A stretch of 64,000 bases of DNA from Catajapyx aquilonaris. Its lineage: Eukaryota. Numbering within the stretch: the stretch's first letter is position 1; the number at the start of each line of letters is the position of its first letter. The DNA lies in the NCBI GenBank assembly GCA_000934665.2, contig JYFJ02001576.1, forward strand, positions 1 to 64,000, given 5' to 3'. Positions 62,665 to 64,000 of this stretch are shown here, piece after piece. Both the position numbers and the translations under genes were made by a program. The notes under the pieces were generated by a model that worked only from the letters and a program-made list of their open reading frames with translations, had not been told where the DNA came from and did not search any database.

Positions 62665-62865
62665 TCACTGGTCAGGGTGGCTGCGAAAGTAGTCATGGTA
62701 TGCACGCACTGCTTTCTCCTGCTGGTATGTCTCCACTGAGCCGGGCCTCATGAGCCGAAGGTTGGTGATGGCTCTGTCTGGACTCTGCTGGCAGAAGCGG
62801 ACCAGGTAACATGCCAGCATCACTCCAGTGCGACCACGACCCATTCGGCAGTGAACACCTATTGC
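62665..62865 (-). CDS. DUSP23: Last coding exon of a dual-specificity protein phosphatase 23-like enzyme (upstream exons not found in the window)
   Basis: Acceptor cag at 62868-62866. PTP signature VHCRMGRGRTGVMLACYL and C-terminal RPGSVETYQQEKAV match DUSP23. Stop TGA at 62667-62665. Confidence 0.87.
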   Translation of the reverse strand, partial: AIGVHCRMGRGRTGVMLACYLVRFCQQSPDRAITNLRLMRPGSVETYQQEKAVRAYHDYFRSHPDQ

Positions 62866-63021
62866 CTGGGGGTTAGAGGTCAATTGATCAGTCCTCAGAT
62901 GTGCAAAAATGTGAAGCTGTAAGTGTGTAAAACCTCATGAGTCAAATGGAAGGTAAGTCTGGCTCAATTAAAAGGGCAAATCAATTAGTATTATTTTGAA
63001 ACCTTATGAACAGTGTTGATC

Positions 63022-63025
<4 letters not shown>

Positions 63026-63091
<66 letters not shown>

Positions 63092-63423
63092 GGGTTTAGT
63101 GCACCACCCTTGCTGGGCATCTGGCATGGTACCTTTATTTTCGCTATTTAGATGTACAAGCTTTGGTCCTTTTTCTTAGGCCCGGGTACCACGAACGATG
63201 GAGGATGAGTGGGAGGGAATGTGCAGTGTAGTAAAGTTGCTGTGGTTATTTTTGTGAACTCCCCCGGGTGGTTAGTCTAGCGAAAATCCCATCTGAGATG
63301 AAGCCAGAGATGGCCCCTAACTCTGCACGAGATTGGGGGGGGATGCCCGGGCTTGGTATCGAACCCCGGACCCTTACATCCGTGGGCTCATACATTATCG
63401 CAGCACCACTCCGTCTCCCCCCG
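63026..63423 (-). mobile_element. tRNA-derived SINE family A with (ATT)n tail, in the DUSP23 intron
   Basis: Homologous to 1110-1431; 11-bp TSD gttgatcaata at 63015-63025 and 63424-63434. Confidence 0.88.
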
Positions 63424-64000
63424 GTTGATCAATAGGTGATACTTGTTCATAATTTTAGTATATTTGTTCCTGGGCTTGTTCATAATGATGTCTGTGTAGA
63501 GCTGACTAGTCTGTTTTCATTTGACTGACCCTTGTACAAAGGCACATTAACAAGTATTGTTTTAAAATCTTTCACATTTGGTTCATCTCAGAACAACGGC
63601 ACTGGCAATAAAATTTAAAATGAGAACCCCACCTGCCAATTTTGAGCCCCACTGCCATAAGAGCATGTGACAGAATGGCCAAGGACACAGAATGAAGGGT
63701 GTCAGTATGTTATGTGTGGATGGTAGATGTTATCCCACACATCCTGTAGGCCTGACCTGGGCTTGGGATAGAATGTTTGATATGAGGGCACATACATTAC
63801 TACAAAGCTGCTCCACCTCCCCAGTTTCATTGCATTACAAATATTCACATTTCATGAAATAAAGACACACTGTAAAAGCTAGCTCTCAATATGTATGATG
63901 CCTTCTAGCACTTAAATGGTTTCTGTAGACAAGTATTCAATTATTATAGCTCCAACCCTGCATACTAGTAGCCTACGCTAAACACATTTCAGGTGTCACA

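Overview
Eukaryotic genomic DNA, most likely arthropod: spliced GT-AG genes, tRNA-derived SINEs, (AAT)n microsatellites and many DNA-transposon derivatives. Four genes were reconstructed by hand. (1) ZC3H14/Nab2-like poly(A)-binding protein, minus strand, 5 exons from 20139 to 40, continuing off the left edge. (2) A compact 7-exon secreted Delta-like protein, minus strand, 25090-23186, C901-like, with a partial DSL domain, three DOS-like units, one EGF, an acidic tail and no transmembrane segment. (3) A complete 12-exon glycoprotein-hormone receptor (type A LGR/LGR1-like), plus strand, 40770-52550, about 896 aa. (4) The last coding exon of a DUSP23-like phosphatase, minus strand, 62665-62865. 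Introns and intergenic DNA carry about 20 TIR/fold-back elements with termini and TSDs typical of Tc1/mariner, pogo, hAT, P, PIF/Harbinger, Kolobok and piggyBac. Best second-look items: a five-level nested insertion stack (651-3750) whose outermost element is a V-SINE-like SINE; two MITEs at the symmetry centre of a third; a mariner with its 3' end replaced by an inverted 5' end; a CpG-content switch inside LGR1; unusual hinge and ICL1 features of the receptor; and the secreted triple-DOS protein. I cannot claim a new biological system. All family assignments come from motif recognition by eye, not database searches.
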